Made by a program: the position numbers and the translations under genes. From Octopus vulgaris (Eukaryota): 64,000 nt of DNA. The stretch covers positions 111,538,001 through 111,602,000 of the forward strand of contig OX597816.1 in assembly GCA_951406725.2 (NCBI GenBank), given 5' to 3'. Shown one piece after another: positions 39,591-52,709 of this stretch. Within the stretch, counting starts at the first letter, position 1. Every line of letters begins with the position of its first letter. The notes beneath the pieces were generated by a model. It was not told where the DNA came from. It worked only from the letters and a program-made list of their open reading frames with translations, and ran no database searches.

Positions 39591-39626
39591 AAAGGCCTAA
39601 CAACATTTAATAGAACGCCCAAAGAG
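39591..39626 (+). CDS. Speculative 36-nt micro-exon (KGLTTFNRTPKE)
   Basis: Strong polypyrimidine acceptor ttttcatttttttcag, only phase 0 open, weak donor GAG|gtttag. Confidence 0.25.
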
Positions 39627-40219
39627 GTTTAGGAAATGTTATTAACCAGCATGTCATTAAAGAAAAGAAAGATTAATATCCCATAACAGAAATATATGAA
39701 TATCAATAACTTTATTAATAATATTGTTGTTGCCATTATTACTATTATTATTGTTGTTGTTGTTGTTGTTATAAATAACAATATTAATAGTTATCATTGG
39801 TTTTATTACCACTAGAACCCATTCATGTGTACTAAAAGCATATTACAAAGTTATTACAAACCCATGTGAAGATGTACAAAGTTTTCTAAAAAATGGCTGT
39901 AAAGAACTAAAATGTTTTTATTTATGAATTTATTGAAAAATGATTAATAAAGATATATAAACACTTAATATAATTGATAGAGGGTAATTCACCAAAATGC
40001 AAGTGAGAAACCACAACATGAGTTAGAGCACACTGGTAGTCAGCATTTATATGCATGGCAATACTAAGAGCTGATTTTAGTCTGTGTTGTGTATGTGTGC
40101 ATGTATGTATCTGTGTATGTATTTATATATGTATGTGTGCGTATGTATGTATTCTCCTTTTTTCTCCTTTTACTTGTTTCAGTCATTTTGACTGCGGCCA
40201 TGCTGGAGCACCGCCTTTA

Positions 40220-40321
<102 letters not shown>

Positions 40322-40789
40322 GTGCTTGTATATATGTATATGTGTGTATGTATGTGTGTGTGTTTTTCTGTATGTGTGTGTATGTGAATATGTAAATATG
40401 TGTGCATGTGTTTGTGTGTTTGTGTGTGTCTGTGTGTGTGTGTGCATGCATGCATGTGTATATCTTTTATCTTTTACTTGTTTCAGTCAGACTGTGGCCA
40501 TACTGGAGCGCTGCTTTGAAGAATGTTAGTCAAACAAATCAACCCCAGTAGTTATTTTATTTTTTTAAGCCCGGTACTTATTGTATTGGTCTCTTTTGCT
40601 GAACTGCTGTATATATATATAAAGCTGTATATATATAAGCTCAACCGACCATAGCACCATTCCTTTGGGGGTAATTTTTCAATATTTCCAGTAAAATAAG
40701 CATTAATTTTTACATTCTAATGCTTTATTTTCCTTTCTTTGCAGATTGCATTATACCATAGTAGTTACATACATATTGATTTTACCATT

Positions 40790-41862
40790 TTAAAATGAAT
40801 TTAGATCAGACCTATATCAGACACTGCATGCTAAATGAATTCAAAAAGACCCTTCAGCAATAAAAGTGGCAAGAAATATTTGTTCTGCTTGTGAAAATGA
40901 AGCTCAGACATCCCAACAATGCTTTTGTCAGATTTGTTTTGGTAATTTTCCGACAGTAGATTCCCCACGATCAAGATAATGTAGTTCTGTTAATATTGAG
41001 CTTCAGAAATCTGTAATTGGGAAAAAAATCCAAAGTAAGCTGTATGATAAGTGGCAAGTCAGTTCAATTTAAGTCACAAATCATTAATCATCTTCAGGAA
41101 GAACTGAAGATGCAATCTGACTGATTCTCACCTAAACCAAAGCACTGATCTTTGCTCACCATTGAAGAGATGACTTACTACCAAACCTTTCTTTGGTGGT
41201 ATCATTACAAAAGATGAAAAAAAAAAGAATTCTCTATTGTTATATCCAATGAAAAGAAAAATGGTTAGCACCCAATAAAAAAAGGAGACTCCCAACCAGA
41301 ACTGCACTCCAAAACAGTTGTGCTCTGTGTTTGGTGTAAATGTGAAGGGTATCATTTATCATAAGGTGTTAAAACAAAGCAAAATGGTTAATGCAAAGAG
41401 ATATTTTTATCACTTGGAAGCATTGCAGAAAAATTTACTGGAAAGGTGCCCTTCATTAGTCAATCATGAAGTGGTGTTGCTCTTGCATGATAATGCCAGA
41501 CCACATATTGGCCAAGTCATTCAGAAAAAGGTTCTGGCACTAAATATGGTGGATTTCACTTATCCATTTACTCTGTCGAGCTTGCTCCAGCTGACTATCA
41601 TCTTTTCAGATCATTGCACGATTATTTAGAGAGAAACTAGTTTATTATTTGTGAAGAGATAAAAAAAGTTATATTGAATGTTTCTGTACTTCAAAGACCT
41701 CAAGAACTTTATGCTTGAGAGATCAATGATTTGCCAAAGATATGGTATTGTGTTATCAATAATGATAGGTGTATCTTGATTAAATATATCAGTGAAGACC
41801 AAAGAAGTACTTGTTTCTTTCCAATCTTGAAATATTACAGGTCTTTCTTTCCAACTTAATAT
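40790..41862 (+). mobile_element. Decayed mariner transposon (DD34D-type)
   Basis: IITKDEK (VTGDEKW-like), LLLHDNARPH and LAPADYHLF motifs. 3' TIR-like ctttccaacttaata. Confidence 0.85.
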
Positions 41863-41867
41863 ATACA

Positions 41868-42530
41868 TAGGTGTGAGCATGGCTGCATGGTTAAGAAGTT
41901 TAATTCTCAGCAATGTGGTCTCAGGTTCGGTCCTACTGTGCACTAACTTTGGTAAGTATCTTTTATGTTCCAGAAAACAAAAGCCTTGTAAGTGGATCTG
42001 ATAAATGGAAAATGAAATAAACCTACAGTATATATATTCATTCTTTTACTTGTTTCAGACATTTGACTACAGCCATGCAGGAGCACCACCTTGAACGGTT
42101 TTAGTCAAATAGATAGACCCCCAGGACTTGTTTTTTAAGCCTAGTACCTATTCTATCGGTCTCTTTTGCTGAACCACTCTATGTTACAGGGACATAAACA
42201 CACCAACACTAGTTGTCAGGTGGTGATGGGAACAAACGCACACACACATATATATATATACGACGGGCTTCTTTCAGTTTCTGTCTATCAAACCCACTCA
42301 CAAGGTTTTGTTCAGCTTGAGGCTATAATAGAAGACACTTGCCCAAGGGGCCGTGCAGTGAGACTGAACACAGAACCATGTAGTCAGGAAACAAGCTACT
42401 TGCCACACAGCCATACCTGTAAGTTCTAGTTGGTAATACAGTAAAAGAAACTGATAGAATAATTACTGGAGTCAGGCTATACTCCAGCATGGTTACAGTT
42501 CATTGACTGAAATAATTACAAGTGCAAATG
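41868..42530. mobile_element. Family A SINE (+) with an antisense family A SINE (42040-42420) nested at its internal microsatellite
   Basis: Plus-strand head at 41868-42035, a complete minus-strand copy, then the plus-strand tail at 42420-42530. Confidence 0.7.
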
Positions 42531-42571
42531 AAACAAAGTCAAGTAAATGGCTTGTTTAACTCATGACAACC

Positions 42572-43850
42572 ATTATCATCATCGTCGTCGTTTAATGTCC
42601 ACTTTCCATGCTGGCATGGGTTGGACGGTTTGACTGAGGGCTGACAAGCCAGAAGGCTGCACCAGGCTCCAATCTGAACTGGCAAAGTTTCTACAGCTGG
42701 ATGCTCTTCCTACTGCCAACCACTCCAAGAGTGTAGTGGGTGCTTTTTACCTGCCACCGGCATGAGGGGCAGTCAGGTGGTATTGTCATCAACCATGCTT
42801 GGCTGGTGCTTTTTACATGCCATTGGCATGGGACCAGTCAGCTGGCACTGGCATCGATCACGCTCGAATGGTGCTTTTTACGTGCCACAGCATTGACTGA
42901 TTGGATGCCAATCAGTCAATGCTGTCATTGGCCATAGCAATGGCTTCACTTGACTCAACAGATCTTCACAAGTGCAGTTTATTGCCCAATGATTAAAGGA
43001 TACTCTTAAATGGGCTGGTTATGCTGCACTGGCATAGGCCATAGTTATGGTCTCACTTGGCTTGCCAGGTCTTCTCAAGCACAGCATATCTCCAAAGGTC
43101 TCGTTCACTTGTCATTGCCTCCGTGAGGCCCAACGTTCAAAGGTCGTGCTTCACCATCTCATCTCAGGTCTTCCTGGGTCTATCTCTTCCACAGGTTCCC
43201 TGTACCACTAGGGTGTGACACTTTTTCACACAGCTGTCCTCATCCATACGCAACACATGACCATACCAGCACAGTCACCTCTCTTGCATACCACATGTGA
43301 TGCTTCTTATGTCCAACTTTTCTCTCAGAGCACTTACACTCTGTCATGTATGCACACTGACATTACACATTCAGCAGAGCATACTAGCTTCATCCCTTGC
43401 AAGCTTAAACATATCCTCAGCAAGTATGGCCTATGTTTCGCTGCCATGTAGCATGGCTGTTCACACAAATGCGTCATACAGTCTACCTTTCACTCTGAGT
43501 GAGAGGCCCTTTGTCACCAGCAGAAGTAGGATCTCTCTGAACTTTGCCCAAGCTATTCTTATTCTAGAAGCTATACTCTCAGAGCATCCACCCTGGCTAC
43601 TAACTTGGTCACCTAGGTAACAGAAGCTATCAACTACTTGTAGTTTTTCTCCCTGGCATGTTACGGAAGCTGTTTTCTGCACATTTTCAGTGTTTATTGC
43701 CCCTGAGCTTCTGCCACACACAAAAACTATCTTCCCAGTTAGCCTTCCTTTGATATTGCTGCACCTCTTATTTGTCCATAGCTTACACTGGGTACATCCT
43801 ATGGAGTTTCTACCTATGCCTTTTCTACAGATCAAGCAGGGCCATCTAAC
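42572..43850 (-). mobile_element. 5'-truncated RTE-clade LINE: PHD-like Cys finger, RT thumb, 3' UTR and (gat)n tail
   Basis: WPCLICRKGIGRNSIGCTQCKLWTNKRC...FVCGR, VVDSFCYLGD and RIRIAWAKFRE..KGRLYDA. The 3' UTR contains repeated gtgctttttac.tgcc units. Confidence 0.9.
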
Positions 43851-45789
43851 ATAAAAAAAAATTCTATATATTAATTTATGATTTGTGAGCCGTTTAGTAA
43901 GGAATTTTAGCATGTAAATAAGTGCTTTCTTCAGCTGTTTCCAGAACGTTTTTATTATATTTTTGTGGTTATAACATTGGATGAGTTCCTTATAAGAAAT
44001 TTGGAGAGAATTTCTAAATGTACCTGAGAATTTCTAAATGTACCTTGACAAAATCTCTCAAACGATTGCAGAAAATATTTTGAATCTGAAAATATAGTCT
44101 AGAGTTGAAAGATCAGCAACAAAGTAGTGAAGTTATAGAGAAAACTTAGGTTGCTCTGATTAGATCCAAGAAAGCTATAAACCACTTTGATACCACTAAT
44201 CCTCAAGTTATGCTTTCAACTTTATCTGAAAACTTTTTTACAAATTTTTGAAATGAAAAATTAAAATGATTTTGCATTTATAAATCATTTAAAATCTGTA
44301 AGCCAATGGAGAGAACGATCTTTGTAGTAGCTTCTGCTAAATTACATAACCTCTAATGTGCTGCAGTATCATCACATGGGATAAGATATTATAATTCTGA
44401 CATCAAAGATTCTGCATCAAATCATTCCTGTTTCACATTACTTACAAATTTTTTCTCTCAAACTTTCTTGAAACAGACATTTATTTTCTTTGCACTTTGA
44501 CTCTTCACTGATTAATGAGTGAAATATAATACCCAGTTTCGATTATCTTATTTAAGTAGTACATTATTATTTATTGTTTTTTTTTAAATATTGTTTTGTA
44601 TTTTCATAAATATTCCATTTCAAAAGGATATTGTTAGTAGCATTGGCTAATTTTCAAGCTGAAATATATAATTGAGTTATTGAGTTAACTTTTAGAATTG
44701 TAAATATTTTATTTTCCTTTGGCTGTTGTAATATAAAATGTTTATAGAAATAAATGCTCATAGTTCCAAGCCAAATATTCAGATATTTCTCATTCATATT
44801 GAAAAACATGTAAATTTGGCTTTTTCTAACCTCTTTGGATGGAGAATATTTTTTTGTTCCAAAACATTTTTAAAATGCTATAAAAATGCTGACTGCATGA
44901 GTGTCAAGAACCAATATTTTATAGGATGAAAAATAAATAATGCATTGGTGATTATATGGTATATGTAAACTTATTTTTTCTCATTAGGAAGAAAGTTTAA
45001 AGTTAAAATGGTTTGCATGATAACATTATATGAATTTTTACAGTTCTTTTCTTAATCAGAATGCATTTTAAGTTTCATTATATTTTATTTAGATGTATAG
45101 CAGACTTAGAAAAATTACAGGCTTCCCTTCATCTTAGAGCTAAAGCATTTTTAAAAATATTGTTAGCTAAAAGTTCTGACAATAATGCAGGGTTGACAAC
45201 ACATCTTCAGGATCACACAGTTTAGGAATTAAGAAACTTTGAATCACAAAAATATATTTAGCTCTCATTAGAAAAACTTTCAAATTTACAGAAAGTATTT
45301 TAAGCAAGCAGTGTAGTCCATTTGTGAAATGATCTTACTTAATATGTATAAAGTTGTGAATAAGATCTCGATACTGTGTTTTGAAGGCAAGTAATGGGTG
45401 CATAAAATAGTTTCAGTGAGATATACGAAGACTGACAGAGAAGTAGAGCTTTTAGTATAATAGATGCTTGAGAAGAGTTAACACAAATTGGAAATGGATG
45501 TAGATGTAAAAAAAGTCAAGTAGTTGGGTTAGGTAAAGAGAGGAAATTTATAGTAAGGTATTACTTCTTTTGACAATGAAAGGCTTATCATATTGAACAA
45601 AAAAAGTAGTTTGCATGAATGTATAAGGAATATGATGCTACATGGACTCACTGTCATGGAACATGAATATTGAATGGAAAGACCAACAGAGGCACAACAG
45701 AAATAACGCCAACATAATCTGTTGGATGAGCATATTCTCTCTGGTGTGTGCATAATAAACAGAGAAGCAATTGGGTATTATCTGAAGTC

Positions 45790-46078
45790 TGAAATCCCCT
45801 TCAGTCACGACGCTGACCATGGGATTGCACCTAGAAAGTTACCCTCCCAGCCATAAGTCCAGGCAAAGTTGTTTATGGAAGACCAGCAGTCACCCATGCA
45901 TACCAGCCTCCCCTCTCCATGCCACCAGTGTTATCCAAGGGAAAGGCAAGGGCCGATACAGCTTGGCACCTGTGATGTCGCAACTCATTTCTACAGCTGA
46001 GTGAACTGGAGCAATGTGAAATAAAGTGTCTTGCTCAAGAACACAACACGCAGCCCGGTCCAGGATTCGAAATCACAA
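45790..46078 (-). mobile_element. tRNA-derived SINE related to 3476-3740, inserted in an old plus-strand RTE-like relic (about 45600-45760)
   Basis: Minus: ttcgaatcctggaccggg...gttgtgttcttgagcaagacactttatttcacattgctccagttcactcagctg, shared with 3535-3610 but with a different tail. Confidence 0.7.
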
Positions 46079-48736
46079 AGTTGGGTATTAAAGGCACTGG
46101 TTAAAGTGTGACAGTAACAACTGCAATGTTATGAATATTTAATATGAAAGATAGTATGTCCACAGAGAAAAATTGGAATGTTCTTAGTGAAGAAAGACTA
46201 TAAAAGATGAGGAAAGAAGTATTGTGATTAGAACTAAAAATATTTGGCCTCATAGAAGAGATGGTGAAACATTAATATGGTGTATGATATATTTGTTAAT
46301 GCATATCATCCACATCATCATTTTTCTGTTTTGGAATTTTTCATAACTAAGTCAGGAAGAGAAGGAGTAGCATGCATGAAATTCCCAAGTTTTCCCAAAC
46401 TTGTGAGTTTGATGTGGTTGATGTTCATTGAGAACGTCTGTAGGACAATGCCTGTGAGAGAAATGTTGGCAGGGAGAGAGGTAATTTTAATGTGTTCTGT
46501 CCTTGAAGGAAAATGACGTAGAATTTTGCAACTGGAGTCTGGAAGTTGAGACACTGAACAGGTGATGTTAGGAAGAGAGATAGGAACTTAGTCTGATAGG
46601 TCCAAGTCGAGACAGAACAGCTATTTTATTCAGAAGAGCAGAGGTCATTGTACTAGTGATAGAAAGAGCAGAGAAAAGAAAACACATTGTTCAGCTATTG
46701 ATTAAAGTATATTGATTAAAGTATAATATCGAATGAATCATTGCCAATAAGTTGAATGACCTTCTATTGGTTACAATTTAATACACAGCACCAAATACAA
46801 GATGCAAGCAGTTTTGCAATGTTTGTCCAACTTGAACTTTTTAAAGGGTTTTCTATGGATCAGCAGATATTGTTTAGCCCTAGGTCTACCTTGATTAAGC
46901 AGACCTAATTTTGTATATGACAGACCTATTAACCAATGTCTCCTTCATTTTGTAAGTTAGTAGGGTGGAGTGTAAGTAAATATGTCTGCTTTTTTAATCA
47001 AGTCAAACATTTATATAGAATCCCTCTTATTCCCTCATAAGTGACGAAGTATCTCATAATTATAGAGAATTCTAGTTAATGAAGTTCTATTTCTGATGGA
47101 AACAAACATTTTGAGCCCATTTTGTATTTCTCCATAAATTTACCTCTTTCACGTAGTCGTGAAGCAAATTAAAACTGTTAGTACCATCTTCCATACAGAA
47201 AGCAGCAAAATGATTTTCACAATGCATTCAGCTAATATTTGGACATGCGCTACTTGTGATAACTGCTATTAAATACAGTTACACAGCAATCCATATACAC
47301 TGGGTATGTGGAGATCAGGCTTCTAAAATTAAGGTTTACATTGGAACGGTATTAGTAAACAGGTCACAGATGTATGACAAAAACATTTGATATCTCATGA
47401 AATGAATTTAGAATACATTAATAGTTTTATGTTATCAAATAGCTATAATGACTCTTCTATGATGTAACTGCTCCAGTTTTTTATAATTCTCTCCGAATGG
47501 TGTTGTTAATAAAAATTCTGCACTAAAGACTGAAATAAAATATTTTTATTTTAACAATAGAAGGATCAATAATTGCCCACAGGTACAATTGACCAACATG
47601 ACTGAGTTGGCAGCTGCATTCATTGGGTAACATCCTGACAGTTTAATGCAAAAACAAGGATGATGTATATGTACTAAACACAGTATAAAATAATCCTCTA
47701 GCTACAGTAGTCTAGTACATACCTGTACAGACTGACAAAAACTAACACCACAACTTTCTCAAACATGGTCTTACCTCTCTAAAAGGAACACATTTCCTGA
47801 GGAATTAACAGAATGGTCATGGCTTGAATGTCTTTGATAACAAGTCTGGTTGACAGACACTGGTTCAGAACAATAAAACAAAAAAACAAAATTAACAACA
47901 GTATCTGATTTTTGGTAAATATTCACTCACATATCACAATTAGTTCAGCCCACAAAATACACTGCTTTGTTTCAGTGGCTGCTCTTACAAGTAGATTCAG
48001 TACCTCAGAACATGCAAACTACATTTTGTTTCCCCATAACCCACCCAATTCATCCAATGTTCCTCATATCTACTTTGCGTTAACACCAAATTCCTCAGCT
48101 AAACATATTTCCAAATCATTTTCCTAGAAGTACTACCTTCTGGAATTTAGACCCTGTCCACCTTTCTTTTCCTACTGATATCAGTCTACAAATGTTCAGT
48201 TTGAATATCAACTGCATCAATCTCAGGTCATAATGGACTTCTAACGTTATGGGTATCGCTTTTGATTGCATAATTAAAAATCATTGATAATATTTATCTG
48301 ATTACAATAGATGCAAATTCCATATCTATAAAAATTAACAACCAAATTTCGTTTATCACATTAACTTTTGCCACTAATGCACTTGGTTTATTACATTAAC
48401 TTTTGCCACTAATGCACTTGGATAACAGGATAACCTTCTATTTTACTTCTATAAACATGATAATTTGTACTAATATAAAACAATTTGTGTATTTCTGAAT
48501 AATAATTCAAAGATAGCTAATCAAAAGCAACAGAGATGAATTACATTATTTAGTTTCAACTTTTTCAGGTTAGTGTTTTAAATCTGCAATGGCTGACTTT
48601 CTTTCATTATTCATAATTTGCATTACATTAAGTTCCAGTAATATATTGACATGGAACCAAACAAATATACAGTTTTCCTGTATAGCAAATGTATATATAT
48701 ATATATATATATACATATATATAATATATATATATA

Positions 48737-49637
48737 TATGATGGGGTACCCAAACGAAACCAGAATTTTGCAATATTATTTTGTTCACTTAACTTTACAT
48801 GTTTACACTTTTATTGCCTTCAAAGTATTCTCCATTTGAAGCAATGCATTGCTCCAGATGCATGTTTCCACTGTTCATAGCTGTGCTGGAACTCTTATGA
48901 AGTGATGTCTTTTAACACCTCTGTCGTTTTTCCCTTCAACTCTTCCACATCTGCAAATTCCATAGCATCAGATTTCATCACCAGTGATGACCTTCAAAGT
49001 AAGGTCCAGACTAACTTCTAACTGTTCTTTCAGTTCATGACATGCATTCAGTCATAACTGCTTTTCGTCTTCCATGAGCAAATAAGGCACAAATTTTGCA
49101 GCAACTCTTTTCATTCGCAATTTCTCACTCAAAATTCGTTTGCAGGAGCTCCAGGACACACCAATAGTATCAACAAGTTTGTCAGTTGTTCAGTGACGTT
49201 CCTCCAAGACCAGTTCATGAATTTTCATGATTGTTCATTCATTCAGGAGGTCAATGTTCACCCTAAACAAGGTTGATTTTCAAGGGACAAGTAACCGTTT
49301 CTAAAGCAGAAAAAACCACTCGTAAAATTGTATTTTGCTCATGGCAGCGTCCTTGTAAGCTGTTTGAAGCATGACAACTATTTTGGCTGCTGTTTTACCC
49401 AGCAGAAAACAGGATTTCATGGGAGCATGCTGTTCATTCTTTTCAGTCATTGCAAAAATCAATAAACAGGGGAGAAGCACTACAAAACAAAGACACATCA
49501 CGTAGCAGTACGACCTCATAGGTTGGCAGACTAATGCCTGAGGCTTGCATCGAGTGGCTTCTAGCAGCAGAATCCTGAACTGCAAAGAGCTTGTCCAACA
49601 GAAAATGTTTCCAGTTACTTTCGGGTACCTCCTCATA
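48737..49637 (-). mobile_element. Decayed, internally deleted mariner transposon
   Basis: TIRs tatgatggggtacccaaacgaaaccagaa and ttccagttactttcgggtacctcctcata. Peptide MKSCFLLGKTAAKIVVMLQTAYKDAAMSKIQFYEWF. (TA)-rich flanks. Confidence 0.85.
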
Positions 49638-49675
49638 CATATGTGTATATTTATATCTGTATACATGTACATAGG

Positions 49676-49715
<40 letters not shown>

Positions 49716-50403
49716 CATATGTATATGTGGGTGTGCATGTGTGTGTGCATGCATGTATGTGTGTATGTGTAATTCTTTTCGCATTTTACTGAAATGCATG
49801 TTTGTCCTACAACAGTATTATTTTCTGCTTATTATTGTTAATATATTGGTTTGGTGATTGAACGTGCATCTCTATATTAAAATGAATTTCAGATATTAAT
49901 TTTGTTTAGAATTTATTAACATACCATAGTACTTTCAACAATTGTCTTTATTTTTAATGGTAAATTAAAAAAGTTTGATGAAAATTTAAAAGAAAGAGAA
50001 AGATGAAATAAAAATCAAAAGCTGAAGTAATGGGGCTTCTTCCAGGATACAAAGCTAACTTCAAACCATTGAGTAATTGACACTATTTGCTGATGTTACA
50101 ATTAATCAGCCAGACTGCTTTTGATTAAAACTGGACATCGAGTAGTAAAAAAACACAACTTATGCTTTTAAGCATTCAACCAATCAGGACATCAGAAAAA
50201 CAGCTGACATCTTAAGTGAGTCTGACAAATAGAGTGTTAGACTACTGTCAGACAAAGACAAGTAACCAGAACATTTGATAAACAAATAATGTCCACAGTC
50301 AGGAAAATAAACCAAAACAATGGACCAGGTAGACAAGAATAACTGATGTTATTGAATAAATAACCAATCAAGACTTGAATCTGTGTCTTAAAACCTACAT
50401 ATA

Positions 50404-50928
50404 CAGGGTGTCCCAAAAGTCATTGATGGGTTTCGGTTTTTAATAACTTCTTTAACTTTACAAATAAATGCATGAAATTTTGATACAACATAAAGTACAT
50501 AATAGAAAGTAATATGCACAAGTCAAATTTTGCAACACTACTACATCACATATACAAAAATGACATTGCATAAAACCATTTTCGGCTTTGCACACCCATA
50601 TTCTTTCCAAAACTTGCACCATAACACCCCCAAGAATTTCAGACTCCACTTCTCTGATTTCTCTATTAATGTTCTCCTTCAGTTGCACCAGGGTATCCCT
50701 ACAGGAAAAAATCTGGGCAAGTCAAGTCTGGGAGTATGGGTGTGCGAAGCCAAAAATGGCTGCCATATAAGGGATGTCATTTTTCATGTAGTGGTGTTTC
50801 AAAATTCGACTTATGCACATTAATTTTCTATATGTTCTCTATATTGTATCAAAATTTCATGCATTTATTTGTAATGTTAAGGAGGTTATTAAAAATTGAA
50901 ACCCATCAGTGACTTTTGAGACACCCTG
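50404..50928. mobile_element. Tc1/mariner-superfamily MITE with about 200-bp inverted arms
   Basis: TA-cagggtgtcccaaaagtca...tgacttttgagacaccctg. Interior minus-strand peptide QLKENINREIREVESEILGGVMVQVLERIWVCKAENG resembles a transposase C-terminus. Confidence 0.85.
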
Positions 50929-51194
50929 TTATAAAGCAATACTCCAGTTCCACCTTTGAACAAATAAAACAAGTGACAAACAATTCTGCCTGATTTTTAA
51001 ATTGATGTAATGTTTGCATTGTTCAATTAAATGGAGTCGCATGAAACGATTGTACTGCATTACCTCTGGATATTCTTCTTGCTTATTTTGATTATAATCA
51101 CCCCATTTTGAATTATATGGATAATATCATACTAAATTCTGGTGCCTTTAACTTAAGTACCATATTCATCTGAATCTAAATTTTACTAAATACA

Positions 51195-51268
<74 letters not shown>

Positions 51269-51383
51269 TATATCCATATATACATGTATACATATGTACA
51301 TACATATTTATGTATGTATATATATATGTGTGTATATTATATATGCATATATATATATGTAGATATAAATGTGTGTGTGTATG

Positions 51384-51413
<30 letters not shown>

Positions 51414-51422
<9 letters not shown>

Positions 51423-51855
51423 TATAATTACGGGTTAAATGCAACAAGTTGCTCAAAACCACATACCGAAAATATTAGAAATAGCAGCCAAAATTGGTCA
51501 CTATTTCCTCTACTAGTAAAAAGTCTCCACAAACAAACAGAATTTGTAAGCTGTATATGGCAAAAAAGGCAGAAAATAACGAAAACCCAGCCTCTGGATT
51601 AATTATAGACGACTCGTTTCTGGATTAGAACCGAAGGTTCATTTCCTTGTCAATATAATATTTCCTATAGATCTAGAAATGTTAGTTTTGGCTGCTATTT
51701 CTAATATTTTCGGTATGTGGTTTTGAGCAACTTGTTGCATTTAACCCTTAATTATAATTTTTATAACCCTTACCAAATATGGTCTTTTCCATACCGACAA
51801 ATCTACTAGGTGAAATTGATTAATTTTATTAAATTAATTATATTCCACCCTTTAT

Positions 51856-51858
<3 letters not shown>
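51414..51858 (-). mobile_element. Penelope-like pLTR fold-back element with a hammerhead in the loop
   Basis: 80-bp inverted arms 51414-51493 and 51686-51765 (1 mismatch), a one-sided extension to about 51858 and (TA)n on both flanks. Confidence 0.75.
51602..51659 (-). ncRNA. Type I hammerhead motif with U3:A8 core variant
   Basis: Minus: auuaua UUGACAA gga aau gaacc uuc gguuc uaa ucc a GAAA cga g ucg UC uauaau. Confidence 0.65.
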
Positions 51859-51895
<37 letters not shown>

Positions 51896-51897
<2 letters not shown>

Positions 51898-52092
51898 CAA
51901 TCCAAACATGAACAAGCAAGAAAAAACAACACGAGGACGTGGAATAAGTACAGTGTTATTGGACGCTCAGGAAAGGAAAGAAAAGAAAGAGGATTTCACA
52001 TTTTGAGCGGAACTCTTCATCAGAAATATAGAAAAAGTCCAAAGAAGGGAAGACGGAGAAAGAAAAAGCCAACGATACATACAGTCACATAT
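51896..52092 (-). mobile_element. Short pLTR-like element with a decayed hammerhead (51993-52027)
   Basis: Minus: auuu CUGAUGA a gagu ucc gcuc AAAA ug UG aaau. GAAA has become AAAA and position 17 is G. Follows (TA)n. Confidence 0.55.
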
Positions 52093-52124
52093 TGAAACTC
52101 CTCAACTCTTAGATATATACATTT

Positions 52125-52486
52125 AAGAGTTAAGGAATGGAGTAGATAAAACTGGGCTGCATGCTTCAAAGCAAGTAGAACCGCAGAAGTGATAATCCAA
52201 GTGAGGTGTATACAACAGGCTACTCTTCAGGCCAAGGGTGTCTTGATTAAATGAAGCTTACTTTGTTGTTAAGAGACCCCTGTTAACACACAGAGGAGTT
52301 TTTTAGAATCCTCCATGTGTTGACATGGGTTCCAAATGATAAAGTAAACTTCATTTAATCAAGATACCCTTAGCCTCAAGAGTAGCCTATAGTATACACC
52401 TCATTTGAATATTTACTACTTCCAAGGTTCTGCTCACTTTGAAATGTATATAGGCTGGATTTCATCTATTCAATTCCTTAACTCTT
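52125..52486. mobile_element. Long imperfect fold-back (MITE-like), about 175-bp arms, loop near 52298-52308
   Basis: Paired blocks aagagttaaggaat/attccttaactctt, tgaggtgtatac/gtatacacctca, aggctactctt/aagagtagcct and tcttgattaaatgaag/cttcatttaatcaaga. Confidence 0.8.
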
Positions 52487-52709
52487 GGATTTTTATTCTC
52501 ATACCTGGCAACCTTAGCTGCCAACAGTAAAATTTAAAATAATTTCTTTTGGCTTATCATATGTCAATATGGGAAATATTCACAACCTTCCACCCCAATA
52601 AACCACTATTGTTCCTGAAAATTGTGTTTTTTAAAATTTTCTATGGATTGCATGAAGCTCACTTTCTTCCTACACCTTGATCCTTAGAAATAATATATAT
52701 ATATATGTA

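Noticed and set aside
47143-47173. Minus-strand micro-exon candidate (FNLLHDYVKE)
   Set aside because: The donor is good but the acceptor lacks a polypyrimidine tract, and no partner exons were found.
48358-48421. 29-bp near-tandem duplication (also a 20-bp one near 44006-44045)
   Set aside because: Ordinary slippage duplications with no further structure.
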